A program made the position numbers and the translations under genes. The notes beneath the pieces were generated by a model. It was not told where the DNA came from. It was given only the letters and a program-made list of their open reading frames with translations, and ran no database searches. 64,000 nt of DNA, taken from contig CAVUDW010000002.1 of the NCBI GenBank assembly GCA_963740355.1, positions 2,208,001 through 2,272,000 on the forward strand, in the 5' to 3' direction. Position 1 is the first letter of the stretch. Every line of letters begins with the position of its first letter. Below, one piece after another: positions 23,092 through 31,763 of this stretch. This DNA comes from an uncultured Gemmatimonadaceae bacterium. Lineage in GTDB: Bacteria; Gemmatimonadota; Gemmatimonadetes; Gemmatimonadales; Gemmatimonadaceae.

Positions 23092-24339
23092 GTGGCGCGT
23101 CGCAGCCTGTCGCTGCCTCGCCTTTTGCAGGTGGCATTTCTGTCGCTGCTCTGTGCAACGCCCGCGCTTCGGGCGCAGGCCGCCACGAAGCCAGCTCCGG
23201 CTGATTCCGGTGTGCAACCCTCCGCGGCGCCGACGGGCAGGGCCACTGGTGCCCGCACCGTCGAAGGACGCGTCGTACGCCCTGGGGCCGAGGCCTTTGA
23301 ACCCGTCAGCGGCACCTGGGTCACGTTGCACCGCGTCGGCCGCGACAAGGCCGGTCCGCTCGACTCCGTGCGCACCGCGCCCGATGGCTCGTATCGGTTT
23401 TCCTATCAGATGACTGGCTCGGAAGACGCGATCTATTTCGTCTCCGCCAGTTATGCCGGCATCGCCTACTTCTCGTCCGGGCTCGCGCAACCGGAAGTCA
23501 CCGGGCAGGACGCCGAGATTCAGGTCTTCGACACCACTTCGACCGGGATCCGGCTCACGGTTCGCGGACGCCACATCATCCTGTCCGCCAGCACTGGCGG
23601 CACACGACGCGGCTTGATCGAGGTCTTCGAGATCACCAACGACTCGAGCAAGACGCTCATCGGCGCCAACGACAAGGCGCCAACCTTCCGCGTACGCATT
23701 CCGCAGGGCGCGCAGGATTTCAAGGTGGCGCAGGGCGATGTCCCGGCCGATGCTGTCAGTTTCGTCGATGGGCAGGTGTTGGTGCAGATGCCCTTCGCGC
23801 CGGGGTTGAAACGACTGTCGTTTTCCTACTCCGTCGACGCCGATGCATTCCCGCTCAAGGTGCCGGTGCAGTTCGCGACCGGTGTGCTCGAAGTGCTGGC
23901 AGAAGACCCGCAGGCGACGGTCACCGCGCCACGGATCGCCGAGACGGCCCCCGCCTCCATCGACGGTCGCAACTTCCGCCGCTTTCTTGGCAATGATGTC
24001 CCGGCGTCCGGTGTGCTCGAGATGGACCTGCCCGGCAGCGGACAGGCGCAGAAGACACGCATCGTGATTTCGCTCGTCGCAGCGATCGCGCTCGCCATGC
24101 TGGTGTCGCTGGCTCGCGCGTTTGGCCGACGCACCACGGCGCGGTCGCCGGGCCTCGCCTCGGCCGCCGCCGCCGATCGCGAAGCGGAACGGCTCGCGCG
24201 ACAGATCGCTGACCTCGACGCCAAGTTCGAGCGCGCGCGCGATCCCGGCGATGCGGAACGCGCAGCCTACGACGCCGAGCGCTCGCGCCTCAAGAGTGCG
24301 CTCACGTCGGCGCTCATCAGCCGCGATTCTGCGCGCTGA
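23092..24339 (+). CDS. Exported single-TM hypothetical protein (carboxypeptidase-regulatory-like N-domain, helical C-tail)
   Basis: Signal peptide, VEGRV..VTLH..DSVRTAPDGSYRF, TM helix IVISLVAAIALAMLV, tail LARQIADLDAKFE..YDAERSRLK; start uncertain. Confidence 0.7.
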   Translation: MARRSLSLPRLLQVAFLSLLCATPALRAQAATKPAPADSGVQPSAAPTGRATGARTVEGRVVRPGAEAFEPVSGTWVTLHRVGRDKAGPLDSVRTAPDGSYRFSYQMTGSEDAIYFVSASYAGIAYFSSGLAQPEVTGQDAEIQVFDTTSTGIRLTVRGRHIILSASTGGTRRGLIEVFEITNDSSKTLIGANDKAPTFRVRIPQGAQDFKVAQGDVPADAVSFVDGQVLVQMPFAPGLKRLSFSYSVDADAFPLKVPVQFATGVLEVLAEDPQATVTAPRIAETAPASIDGRNFRRFLGNDVPASGVLEMDLPGSGQAQKTRIVISLVAAIALAMLVSLARAFGRRTTARSPGLASAAAADREAERLARQIADLDAKFERARDPGDAERAAYDAERSRLKSALTSALISRDSAR

Positions 24340-24364
24340 TGGACATGTCTCGTCGCACCTGACG

Positions 24365-25357
24365 ATGTTCGCGCCGCGCCGTCGGCCTGCGGTGCTCTGG
24401 GGCGGCGTAGCAGTCGTGCTCGTGACGCTGATCGTCGCGAATCTCGCCATCGGTGCCGTCTCTATTGCGCCGGCTGAGGTGTTCCGCGCGCTGATGGGGC
24501 AGGGCGACGCGCTTGCGGGCACGATCGTGCGCGAACTGCGACTGCCACGTGTCGTCCTCGCCATCCTCGTGGGTGTGGCGCTCGGCAGCAGCGGTGCGGC
24601 ACTGCAGGGCACGTTGCGGAACGCACTCGCTGAACCGTACCTGCTTGGTGTCTCCGGCGGCGCGGCCGTCGGTGCGGTGCTCGCGATGACGCTGGGAATC
24701 ACATCGTCCGCCGCCATTCCACTGGCTGCCTTCGGTGGCGCCATCGCCGCCGTGCTGCTTGTGCTGGGACTGGCCGGCGCCGTCGGTGGTGCACGCGACT
24801 CACGAACGTTGCTGATGGCCGGCGTCATCATCGGCGCCTTCGCCAACGCCGTGATACTCGTCGTGCTCGCCGACCAGCCTCCGGATCGCGTGCGTGGCGC
24901 CTTGTGGTGGATGGCTGGCAGCCTCACCGACGCATCGTGGCCACGTGTCGGCTGGCTGTCAGCCTACGTGATCCTTGGGGTCGGACTCCTCGTCGCGCGC
25001 GCACGACTGCTCGACGTGCTGTCGCTGGGCGATGAATCGGCCGCCGCACTGGGTGCCGATGTCGGGCGTGCGACAAGGCAGGTCTTCCTCGTCAGCGCGC
25101 TCCTTGCCGCCGCGAGTGTGTCGGCCGCCGGTCTCGTGGGCTTCGTCGGCCTCGTCGTGCCGAATATTGCCCGGGCCTTTGGCGTGGCTCGGCACCGCGT
25201 ACTGATCGTGACGTCGGCACTGCTCGGTGCCGCGCTGCTGCTCTTCGCAGACCTGATGGCGCGCACCGTGCGCGCGCCGATCGAGCTGCCTCTCGGTGCC
25301 ATCACGGCCCTTATCGGCGTGCCGGTATTTCTGTTCCGCTTGCGTCGCGTGCGATGA
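24365..25357 (+). CDS. FecCD/BtuC-family ABC permease
   Basis: LRLPRV, RNALAEPYLLGVSGGA, LSLGDESAAALG, GFVGLVVP, ELPLG. Confidence 0.92.
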   Translation: MFAPRRRPAVLWGGVAVVLVTLIVANLAIGAVSIAPAEVFRALMGQGDALAGTIVRELRLPRVVLAILVGVALGSSGAALQGTLRNALAEPYLLGVSGGAAVGAVLAMTLGITSSAAIPLAAFGGAIAAVLLVLGLAGAVGGARDSRTLLMAGVIIGAFANAVILVVLADQPPDRVRGALWWMAGSLTDASWPRVGWLSAYVILGVGLLVARARLLDVLSLGDESAAALGADVGRATRQVFLVSALLAAASVSAAGLVGFVGLVVPNIARAFGVARHRVLIVTSALLGAALLLFADLMARTVRAPIELPLGAITALIGVPVFLFRLRRVR

Positions 25358-26151
25358 CCTCACCAACATCGCTTCGCTTTGATGCCGTGTCGCTGGCCTA
25401 CGGCCGCGGCGACACACCAGTCGTTCGTGGCGCCACGATCACCGCGGCTCCATCGTCGATCACAGCCATCGTCGGGCCAAACGGCAGCGGCAAGAGTTCG
25501 CTGGTGCGTGGTGTGCTTGGGCTGATGCCGGAACACAGTGGGCGTATCCTGGCTGGCGATGTCGACCTCCTGCGCGCCACACCGCGAACGATGAGTCAAC
25601 TGGTGGCCGTCATGCCGCAGCGTGAGGCATTGGCCTTCCCGATGCTGGTGCGCGACTATGTCGCGCTCGGTCGGTCACCGTTCCTCGGCATGTGGGATTC
25701 GCTGACGTCGCGCGACGGCACGCTAATCCATGACGCCATGCTCCGAGCGGACGTCCTGGCGTTCGAGCATCGACGCACCGATGAACTCTCAGGCGGTGAA
25801 TGGCAGCGTGTGCGCCTGGCACGCACACTGGCCCAGGATGCGCCGATCCTGCTGTTGGATGAACCCACCACGTTTCTCGACATCGCGCACGAGATGCAGA
25901 CCTTCGAGACGCTCTCCCGGGAGGCGCGCGCCGGTCGTACCGTGGTGCTGGTGAGTCACACGCTCACGCTGGTGGCGCGGTTCGCCGACCAGATCGTGCT
26001 GATGCACGACGGTGCCGTCGCGGCGGCGGGTTCGCCGCGTGATGTGATGCAAGCCGCCACGCTCGAGACGGTGTACGGATGGCCGCTCGTGGTGTCGCAC
26101 GATCCCGCCGTCGGTGCACCGACCCTCGTACCACTGCGACGGCCGGGCTGA
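25354..26151 (+). CDS. Iron-chelate/cobalamin ABC transporter ATP-binding protein
   Basis: GPNGSGKS, LSGGEWQRV, LLLDEPT. Confidence 0.92.
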   Translation: MTSPTSLRFDAVSLAYGRGDTPVVRGATITAAPSSITAIVGPNGSGKSSLVRGVLGLMPEHSGRILAGDVDLLRATPRTMSQLVAVMPQREALAFPMLVRDYVALGRSPFLGMWDSLTSRDGTLIHDAMLRADVLAFEHRRTDELSGGEWQRVRLARTLAQDAPILLLDEPTTFLDIAHEMQTFETLSREARAGRTVVLVSHTLTLVARFADQIVLMHDGAVAAAGSPRDVMQAATLETVYGWPLVVSHDPAVGAPTLVPLRRPG

Positions 26152-26219
26152 CACGCGTCCGGCCGATCGGGGATCGGGGCGTGCCGGGCCGCTGTGGCGC
26201 GATACGGTAGATTCCGATC

Positions 26220-26969
26220 GTGCCTCCCGTCGTCACCACCGCCATCGTCCTGCACGCGTTCAACTACAGCGAGTCATCGCGCATCCTTCGGCTCGCCACG
26301 CGTGAGGCTGGAGTGCAGTCGGTGATGGCGCGTGGCGCGCGCGCGTCGCAGCGACGCTTTGGGTCGGCCGTGGATCTTTTCGCTGAAGGCGAGGTCCAGT
26401 ACGAACTGCGCGTCGGACGCGACCTGCACACGCTGGCGCGGTTCGACGTCGTCCGATCGCGAGTGGCGCTCGGTACGTCCTTGGCGCGGTTCGAGGGCGC
26501 CTCGGCGCTGGCGGAAGTGATGCTGCGCGTGGCAGGTGAGGACGACACCCCCGCCGATGCCTTCGATGCCCTCCGCGACGGGCTCGACGCCATCGCCGGC
26601 AACCAGCATGCGACGGTCGCCAGCATTCGGGCCGTCTGGCGATTGCTGGCGACGATGGGGTTCAGCCCGGCGCTCGACAACTGCGTGCGATGTGATGTGG
26701 ACCTCCCCAGCGACCTCGATGTCGCCTTCAGTGCCGAGGCGGGCGGCGTGCTTTGCGCGCGCTGCGCGGCCGGTGGTGCCCCGTCGCGACCCCTTCCGGC
26801 CTCGGCGCGCAGCCAACTCCGAGACTGGCTGGACGGGGCCGGCGAGGAGGCGGAGGAACTCGACCTGCCCACCGAGCGAGCCCATCGCCGCCTCCTGCGC
26901 ATCTTCGTGCACGCCCACCTGACCGATGGGCGCCCGCTGCGCGCCTTCGATTCGTGGGCGACGGCCTGA
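26220..26969 (+). CDS. recO: DNA repair protein RecO
   Basis: YSESSRIL..T.EAG..MARGAR; CVRC..CARC zinc finger. Confidence 0.92.
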   Translation: MPPVVTTAIVLHAFNYSESSRILRLATREAGVQSVMARGARASQRRFGSAVDLFAEGEVQYELRVGRDLHTLARFDVVRSRVALGTSLARFEGASALAEVMLRVAGEDDTPADAFDALRDGLDAIAGNQHATVASIRAVWRLLATMGFSPALDNCVRCDVDLPSDLDVAFSAEAGGVLCARCAAGGAPSRPLPASARSQLRDWLDGAGEEAEELDLPTERAHRRLLRIFVHAHLTDGRPLRAFDSWATA

Positions 26970-27079
26970 CGCTTGCACCGCCGTCTCGCCGGCGCTGGAA
27001 GCAGGAAGGCTGGGCGGGTTGCTCACCCCCACAGCCCCCGACCGGATGAGAAGGACCGGGCTGGCGGACCGTCGCTTGC

Positions 27080-27108
27080 TTGACTGCCGCCTGCGGCTAT
27101 CCTAGGCT
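27080..27108 (+). promoter_or_regulatory. Putative sigma70 promoter
   Basis: TTGACT-N17-TAGGCT upstream of the 27186 gene. Confidence 0.5.
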
Positions 27109-27185
27109 CATCCTGACTCGCAGGCGCATCAATCCCCGTACTCGAGGTCGATCGGAAACCTTTCCTCGTTTGTTTGGAGTGTGGC

Positions 27186-27656
27186 ATGATCTGGCGGAGA
27201 CTCGCGCGGCAACTGGCCGTGGGGCTCGCCGTCGCACTGCCTGGTGTCGTGTCCGCCCAGACGTCCGTTGCTCCGGCTCAACCTCCGGCGCGTCTTCGGC
27301 CGGACGGCTTCGACCTCGGGCAGAGTTCTCCGAATCCCACGGCTGGTGAGACGCGGTTCCCATTCTTTGTCGGGGACCCGCCCGTCTGCCGGGACGCCCG
27401 GCGGCAGTACCGGGTGACGCTGCGGATTTACAACCTCCTCGCACAGGAGGTCGCGGTAGCCCTCCTCACAGGCCCCAACGGTGAGTTGGACGGAGCGCGG
27501 CGGTTGAATGGAGTGATGCTGACCTGCCGTCAGTATCAAGCGTATTGGGACGGCCGAGTGGATGGCACGCAGCGCGATGCGCCGGACGGCATCTATCTGT
27601 ATCGCCTCGAAGTCAACGGCCGTGCGGTCGTGAAAAAGCTGGTGGTACACCGGTAA
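27186..27656 (+). CDS. Secreted protein consisting of a T9SS type-A-CTD/FlgD-Ig-like domain
   Basis: Signal peptide (..VSAQ); LGQSSPNP, VTLRIYNLLAQEV, YWDG, GIYLYRL, KKLVV; GGAG SD. Confidence 0.7.
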   Translation: MIWRRLARQLAVGLAVALPGVVSAQTSVAPAQPPARLRPDGFDLGQSSPNPTAGETRFPFFVGDPPVCRDARRQYRVTLRIYNLLAQEVAVALLTGPNGELDGARRLNGVMLTCRQYQAYWDGRVDGTQRDAPDGIYLYRLEVNGRAVVKKLVVHR

Positions 27657-27689
27657 GGGCGCGCTCCGACGACTCGGAACGCGCCCTTT
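27655..27689. terminator. Hairpin between convergent genes (bidirectional terminator)
   Basis: AAGGGCGCG-C-TCCGA / TCGGA-A-CGCGCCCTT. Confidence 0.55.
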
Positions 27690-27740
27690 CCTGTGCTGGT
27701 TCGACCGATCGCGATCGCACCGAACCGCGTGCCCCAGCCG

Positions 27741-28055
27741 TTACCGCTTGCCCTGGCCCATTTGCATCGCCTTGAGGTCGATGGCGGACCAGAGTTGTCG
27801 CGCATGGGAGGGATGCGCGGTGAGGGTCTCGCCAAGTTTTTCGATCTGCTCCGCCGTGACGCCGCGCTTCCGGAGAACCGCGTCGCGTCGCTGCGCACGG
27901 ACGGGTGCCGTGACGTTGGGCGCATCGGCCACGAGCTTGAGCTCACTCATGACCTGCACGAATGCGCTGTCGGTCATACCTAGGTCGGCCTTTGAGCTGC
28001 GGCAGGCGGCGAGGGCGAGAAGACAGGAGACGAAGAACCAGCGAGGTCTGAGCAT
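27741..28055 (-). CDS. Small helical lipoprotein (possibly DUF4296-like)
   Basis: Lipobox [35 protein letters not shown] 6 nt before ATG. Confidence 0.7.
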   Translation of the reverse strand: MLRPRWFFVSCLLALAACRSSKADLGMTDSAFVQVMSELKLVADAPNVTAPVRAQRRDAVLRKRGVTAEQIEKLGETLTAHPSHARQLWSAIDLKAMQMGQGKR

Positions 28056-28229
28056 ACAGCGAGCGTATCGGGACCCCCCATCCCGGGGCAAGGCCTGCCA
28101 GCTCGGCGGAACTTCTGCCATGCTGACCGCCGTACGGACGGCGAGCGGCAGCCTTCCGCGGTCCCCGGGTTGCACCCTCACGACTGCACACGTTTATGTG
28201 TCGCGTACTTCTCAATCCCAAGACGCCCG

Positions 28230-30854
28230 ATGCTGAATCCAGATCGCCTCACCATCAAGTCCGGCGAAGCCGTCAATGACGCGGTCGCGATCGCGCGCCG
28301 TGCCGGCAATCCGCTCGTCTACGATCTGCACCTCCTCCTCGCCCTCATCGCGCAGCAGGACGGCATTGTGGTGCCGCTGCTCCAGAAGGCCGGCGTCAAG
28401 GTGCCTGAGCTGAAGCAGCGGGCCGAGACGGAAGCGGCACGATATCCCAAGCAGAGCGACGCGCAGCCGCAGGTGTCGCGCGAACTCAACCAGGTCTTCG
28501 ACCGCGCCGACGCCGATGCCAAGGCACTCGGCGACGACTACGTCAGCACCGAACATTTCCTGCTCGCGCTCGCGAATGTGAAAGGCACCGACAGTCGCGC
28601 GTTGCTCACCGAGCTGGGAGCGACGGCGGAGGCGCTTGCCACGGCGTTGACTGCGGTCCGTGGTACGCACAAGGTGACCGATCAGTCTCCGGAGAATCGC
28701 TACCAGGCGCTGCAGCGCTACACGCGTGACCTGACGCAGAGTGCTCGCGACGGCAAGCTCGATCCGGTCATCGGTCGCGACGATGAAATCCGTCGTGTGA
28801 TCCAGGTCCTGTCGCGCCGTACCAAGAACAATCCGGTGCTCATCGGTGAACCCGGTGTCGGCAAGACGGCCATCGTCGAAGGTCTCGCGCAGCGCATCAT
28901 CAACGGTGATGTACCGGAAGGCCTGCGTGGCAAGAAGCTGCTCTCACTCGACCTCGGCGCGCTGATCGCGGGTGCCAAGTTCCGCGGCGAGTTCGAGGAG
29001 CGCCTGAAGGCCGTGCTGAAGGAGATCGTCGACAGCCAGGGCGAGATCGTCGTCTTCATCGACGAGCTGCACACGCTGGTCGGTGCTGGCAAGGCGGAAG
29101 GCTCGATGGACGCGGGCAACATGTTGAAGCCGATGCTGGCCCGTGGCGAACTGCGTGTCGTGGGCGCCACCACGCTCGACGAATACCGCTTGCATCTCGA
29201 GAAGGATGCCGCGCTCGAGCGTCGCTTCCAGCCTGTGTATGTAGGCGAGCCGACGCTCGACGACACGATCGCGATCCTGCGCGGCCTCAAGGCGCGGTAC
29301 GAGTCGCATCACGGTGTGCGAATCACCGACACGGCGATCGTTGCCGCAGCGACGCTGTCCAATCGCTACATCGGCGACCGATTCCTGCCTGACAAGGCCA
29401 TCGACTTGCTCGATGAAGCGGCCAGTCGTCTTCGGATCGAGATCGACTCCATGCCGCAGCCGATCGACGAAGTCGAGCGTCGGGTGATGCAGCTCGAGAT
29501 CGAGCGGCAGGCGATGCAGAAGGAAACCGATGCGCCGTCGCGTGAACGCCTCGTCGCGCTCGAGCGCGAGCTGGCTGAGCTGAAGACGCAGAGCGCGACG
29601 ATGAAGGCGCAGTGGCAGCAGGAGAAGCAGGCGCTCGGCGATGTCGGTCGCATCAAGCAGGCCATCGACCAGGCCACCACGGACGCTGAGCAGGCCGCGC
29701 GTACAGGTGACTTGCAGCTCGCTGCCGAGATCAGCTATGGGCGCATTCCGCAATTGCAGCGTGAGTTGGCGGAGGCGGAAGCCGTCGTGTCGGTGAAGGA
29801 TGGCCGCCGCCGCTTCCTCAAGGAAGAAGTGGGCGACGATGACATCGCGGCGGTGGTGGCTAAGTGGACCGGCATCCCGGTGCAGCGCATGCTCGAGGGT
29901 GAGCGTGAGCGCCTGACGAAGCTCGAGGATGAACTCGCACATCGTGTCGTCGGCCAGCGCGACGCCGTCGCGGCGGTGGCCAACGCGGTACGTCGCTCAC
30001 GCGCCGGTCTGCAGGACCCGAATCGTCCGATCGGCAGCTTCCTCTTCCTCGGGCCCACGGGTGTCGGCAAGACGGAGACCGCGCGTGCGCTGGCCGATTT
30101 CCTGTTCGACGATGAACGCGCGATGGTGCGGCTCGACATGTCGGAATACATGGAGAAGCACGCCGTGGCGCGATTGATCGGTGCACCCCCGGGCTATGTT
30201 GGCTACGACGAAGGGGGGCAGCTCACTGAAGCCGTGCGTCGCCGCCCGTACTCGGTGCTGCTGTTCGACGAAATCGAGAAGGCGCATCCCGATGTGTTCA
30301 ACGTGTTGCTGCAGCTGCTCGACGACGGCCGTCTCACCGATTCGCAGGGACGCACGGTCGACTTCCGCAACACCGTCGTGATCCTCACCAGCAACATCGG
30401 CAGCCAGGTGATTCTCGAGCGGTATGCCGAGGATTGGGCACTGGTCGAGACGCAGGTGCTGGGGATGTTGCGTCAGCAGTTCCGGCCGGAGTTCCTCAAT
30501 CGCATCGATGATGTGGTGGTGTTCCGCCCATTGGGTGAAGAGCAGATCGCGCAGATCGTGGATCTGCAGTTGTCGAAGCTCGACACCATGCTTGGGGCAC
30601 GGAAACTGAGCCTGACGTTCACACCCGAAGCGAAGAAGATGCTGGTCGGGGAAGGGTATGACGCCGCGTTTGGGGCACGGCCACTGAAGCGCACGATTCA
30701 GCGGATGGTGCAGAACCCGTTGGCGCTGGCATTGCTGGATGGCACGCTGCACGACGGCGATGTGGTGGTGGCGTCGCCGGGCGATGGCAATCGACTGGTG
30801 TTCACTCGGCAGGTGCCGGATGCGCCGCAGGTGCTGGCGGAGGCCGAGGCGTGA
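28230..30854 (+). CDS. clpB: Chaperone/disaggregase ClpB
   Basis: Two AAA modules ([16 protein letters not shown]), coiled-coil M domain, no ClpP-binding IGF loop. Confidence 0.96.
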   Translation: MLNPDRLTIKSGEAVNDAVAIARRAGNPLVYDLHLLLALIAQQDGIVVPLLQKAGVKVPELKQRAETEAARYPKQSDAQPQVSRELNQVFDRADADAKALGDDYVSTEHFLLALANVKGTDSRALLTELGATAEALATALTAVRGTHKVTDQSPENRYQALQRYTRDLTQSARDGKLDPVIGRDDEIRRVIQVLSRRTKNNPVLIGEPGVGKTAIVEGLAQRIINGDVPEGLRGKKLLSLDLGALIAGAKFRGEFEERLKAVLKEIVDSQGEIVVFIDELHTLVGAGKAEGSMDAGNMLKPMLARGELRVVGATTLDEYRLHLEKDAALERRFQPVYVGEPTLDDTIAILRGLKARYESHHGVRITDTAIVAAATLSNRYIGDRFLPDKAIDLLDEAASRLRIEIDSMPQPIDEVERRVMQLEIERQAMQKETDAPSRERLVALERELAELKTQSATMKAQWQQEKQALGDVGRIKQAIDQATTDAEQAARTGDLQLAAEISYGRIPQLQRELAEAEAVVSVKDGRRRFLKEEVGDDDIAAVVAKWTGIPVQRMLEGERERLTKLEDELAHRVVGQRDAVAAVANAVRRSRAGLQDPNRPIGSFLFLGPTGVGKTETARALADFLFDDERAMVRLDMSEYMEKHAVARLIGAPPGYVGYDEGGQLTEAVRRRPYSVLLFDEIEKAHPDVFNVLLQLLDDGRLTDSQGRTVDFRNTVVILTSNIGSQVILERYAEDWALVETQVLGMLRQQFRPEFLNRIDDVVVFRPLGEEQIAQIVDLQLSKLDTMLGARKLSLTFTPEAKKMLVGEGYDAAFGARPLKRTIQRMVQNPLALALLDGTLHDGDVVVASPGDGNRLVFTRQVPDAPQVLAEAEA

Positions 30855-31363
30855 GTGCGTTCGCGCGTCCCGGTGATGAGCAGTGGATGCGCGAAGCGTT
30901 GCGTCAGGCAGCCGATGCGGCCGCGGCCGGCGAGGTGCCGGTCGGGGCCTGCATCGTTTCCAATGGTGCAGTCGTGGCGACAGGCGCCAATGCCATGCGC
31001 CGCAGCGACGACAGCACGCAGCACGCCGAGTTGCGGGTGCTTCAGGCCGCTATGAAGTCTCTCGGCTCGGACCGGCTCACCGGCTGCACGCTCTACGTCA
31101 CGCTGGAGCCCTGCGCGATGTGCGCGGGAGCCATCGTCCTCGCGCGGGTCGATCGAGTGGCCTTCGCGGCGTGGGACGAGAAGGCCGGGATGGCCGGCTC
31201 GGTGGGCGATGTGTTGCGGCATCCGCGGCTCAATCACCGCCCGGAAGTGGCGGGCGGGGTGCTGGCGGATGAGGCTGGACTCTTGCTGCGCGAGTTTTTT
31301 GCGCGGCGCCGGAGCGGGACGGATGCGGTCCGGTCCGTTGACCCGCTGCCAGAAAGTGTCTAG
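30851..31363 (+). CDS. tadA: tRNA adenosine(34) deaminase
   Basis: [27 protein letters not shown]. Confidence 0.9.
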   Translation: MSAFARPGDEQWMREALRQAADAAAAGEVPVGACIVSNGAVVATGANAMRRSDDSTQHAELRVLQAAMKSLGSDRLTGCTLYVTLEPCAMCAGAIVLARVDRVAFAAWDEKAGMAGSVGDVLRHPRLNHRPEVAGGVLADEAGLLLREFFARRRSGTDAVRSVDPLPESV

Positions 31364-31366
31364 AAT
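31338..31366 (+). promoter_or_regulatory. Putative tRNA-operon promoter overlapping the tadA stop codon
   Basis: TTGACC-N17-TAGAAT. Confidence 0.55.
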
Positions 31367-31409
31367 CAACGGCTACGCTGGTTCCTCAGCGTCGTTGTCA
31401 GGTCGAGTT

Positions 31410-31496
31410 GGACAGGTGTCCGAGCGGTTGAAGGAACCGGTCTCGAAAACCGGCGTGCCGGAAACGGTACCGTGGGTTCGAATCCCACCCTGTCCG
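31410..31496 (+). tRNA. tRNA-Ser(CGA)
   Basis: GGACAGG/CCTGTCC acceptor stem, CCGGT-CTCGAAA-ACCGG anticodon arm, long variable arm, GTTCGAATC T-loop; no encoded CCA. Confidence 0.96.
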
Positions 31497-31593
31497 TGAT
31501 GAAGTTTGTACGCGTGATTTGTTGGATCCGGGCGCCGCTCCGTCTGTTTGGAGGCGCCCGGTGTGGTTTTGAGGCAGGATTTCCGAAGGTGTG

Positions 31594-31680
31594 GGACAGG
31601 TGGCCGAGTGGTTGAAGGCGCACGCCTGGAAAGCGTGTGGGCTCGAAAGGGTCTCGTGGGTTCGAATCCCACCCTGTCCG
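31594..31680 (+). tRNA. tRNA-Ser(GGA)
   Basis: Same acceptor stem and T-arm; CACGC-CTGGAAA-GCGTG anticodon arm; long variable arm; no encoded CCA. Confidence 0.96.
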
Positions 31681-31763
31681 TGTCCGTGTAGGGGTACGCC
31701 CGCGGCGGCGCGTCTGACGGAGGGGAAAGGCACTTCCGTCGACGACAAGCGTATTTGAGTCTC

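Noticed and set aside
31471..31682. 28-bp direct repeat that could be attL/attR or a CRISPR repeat
   Set aside because: Both copies are the 3' ends of complete tRNA-Ser genes; no integrase or cas genes and only two copies
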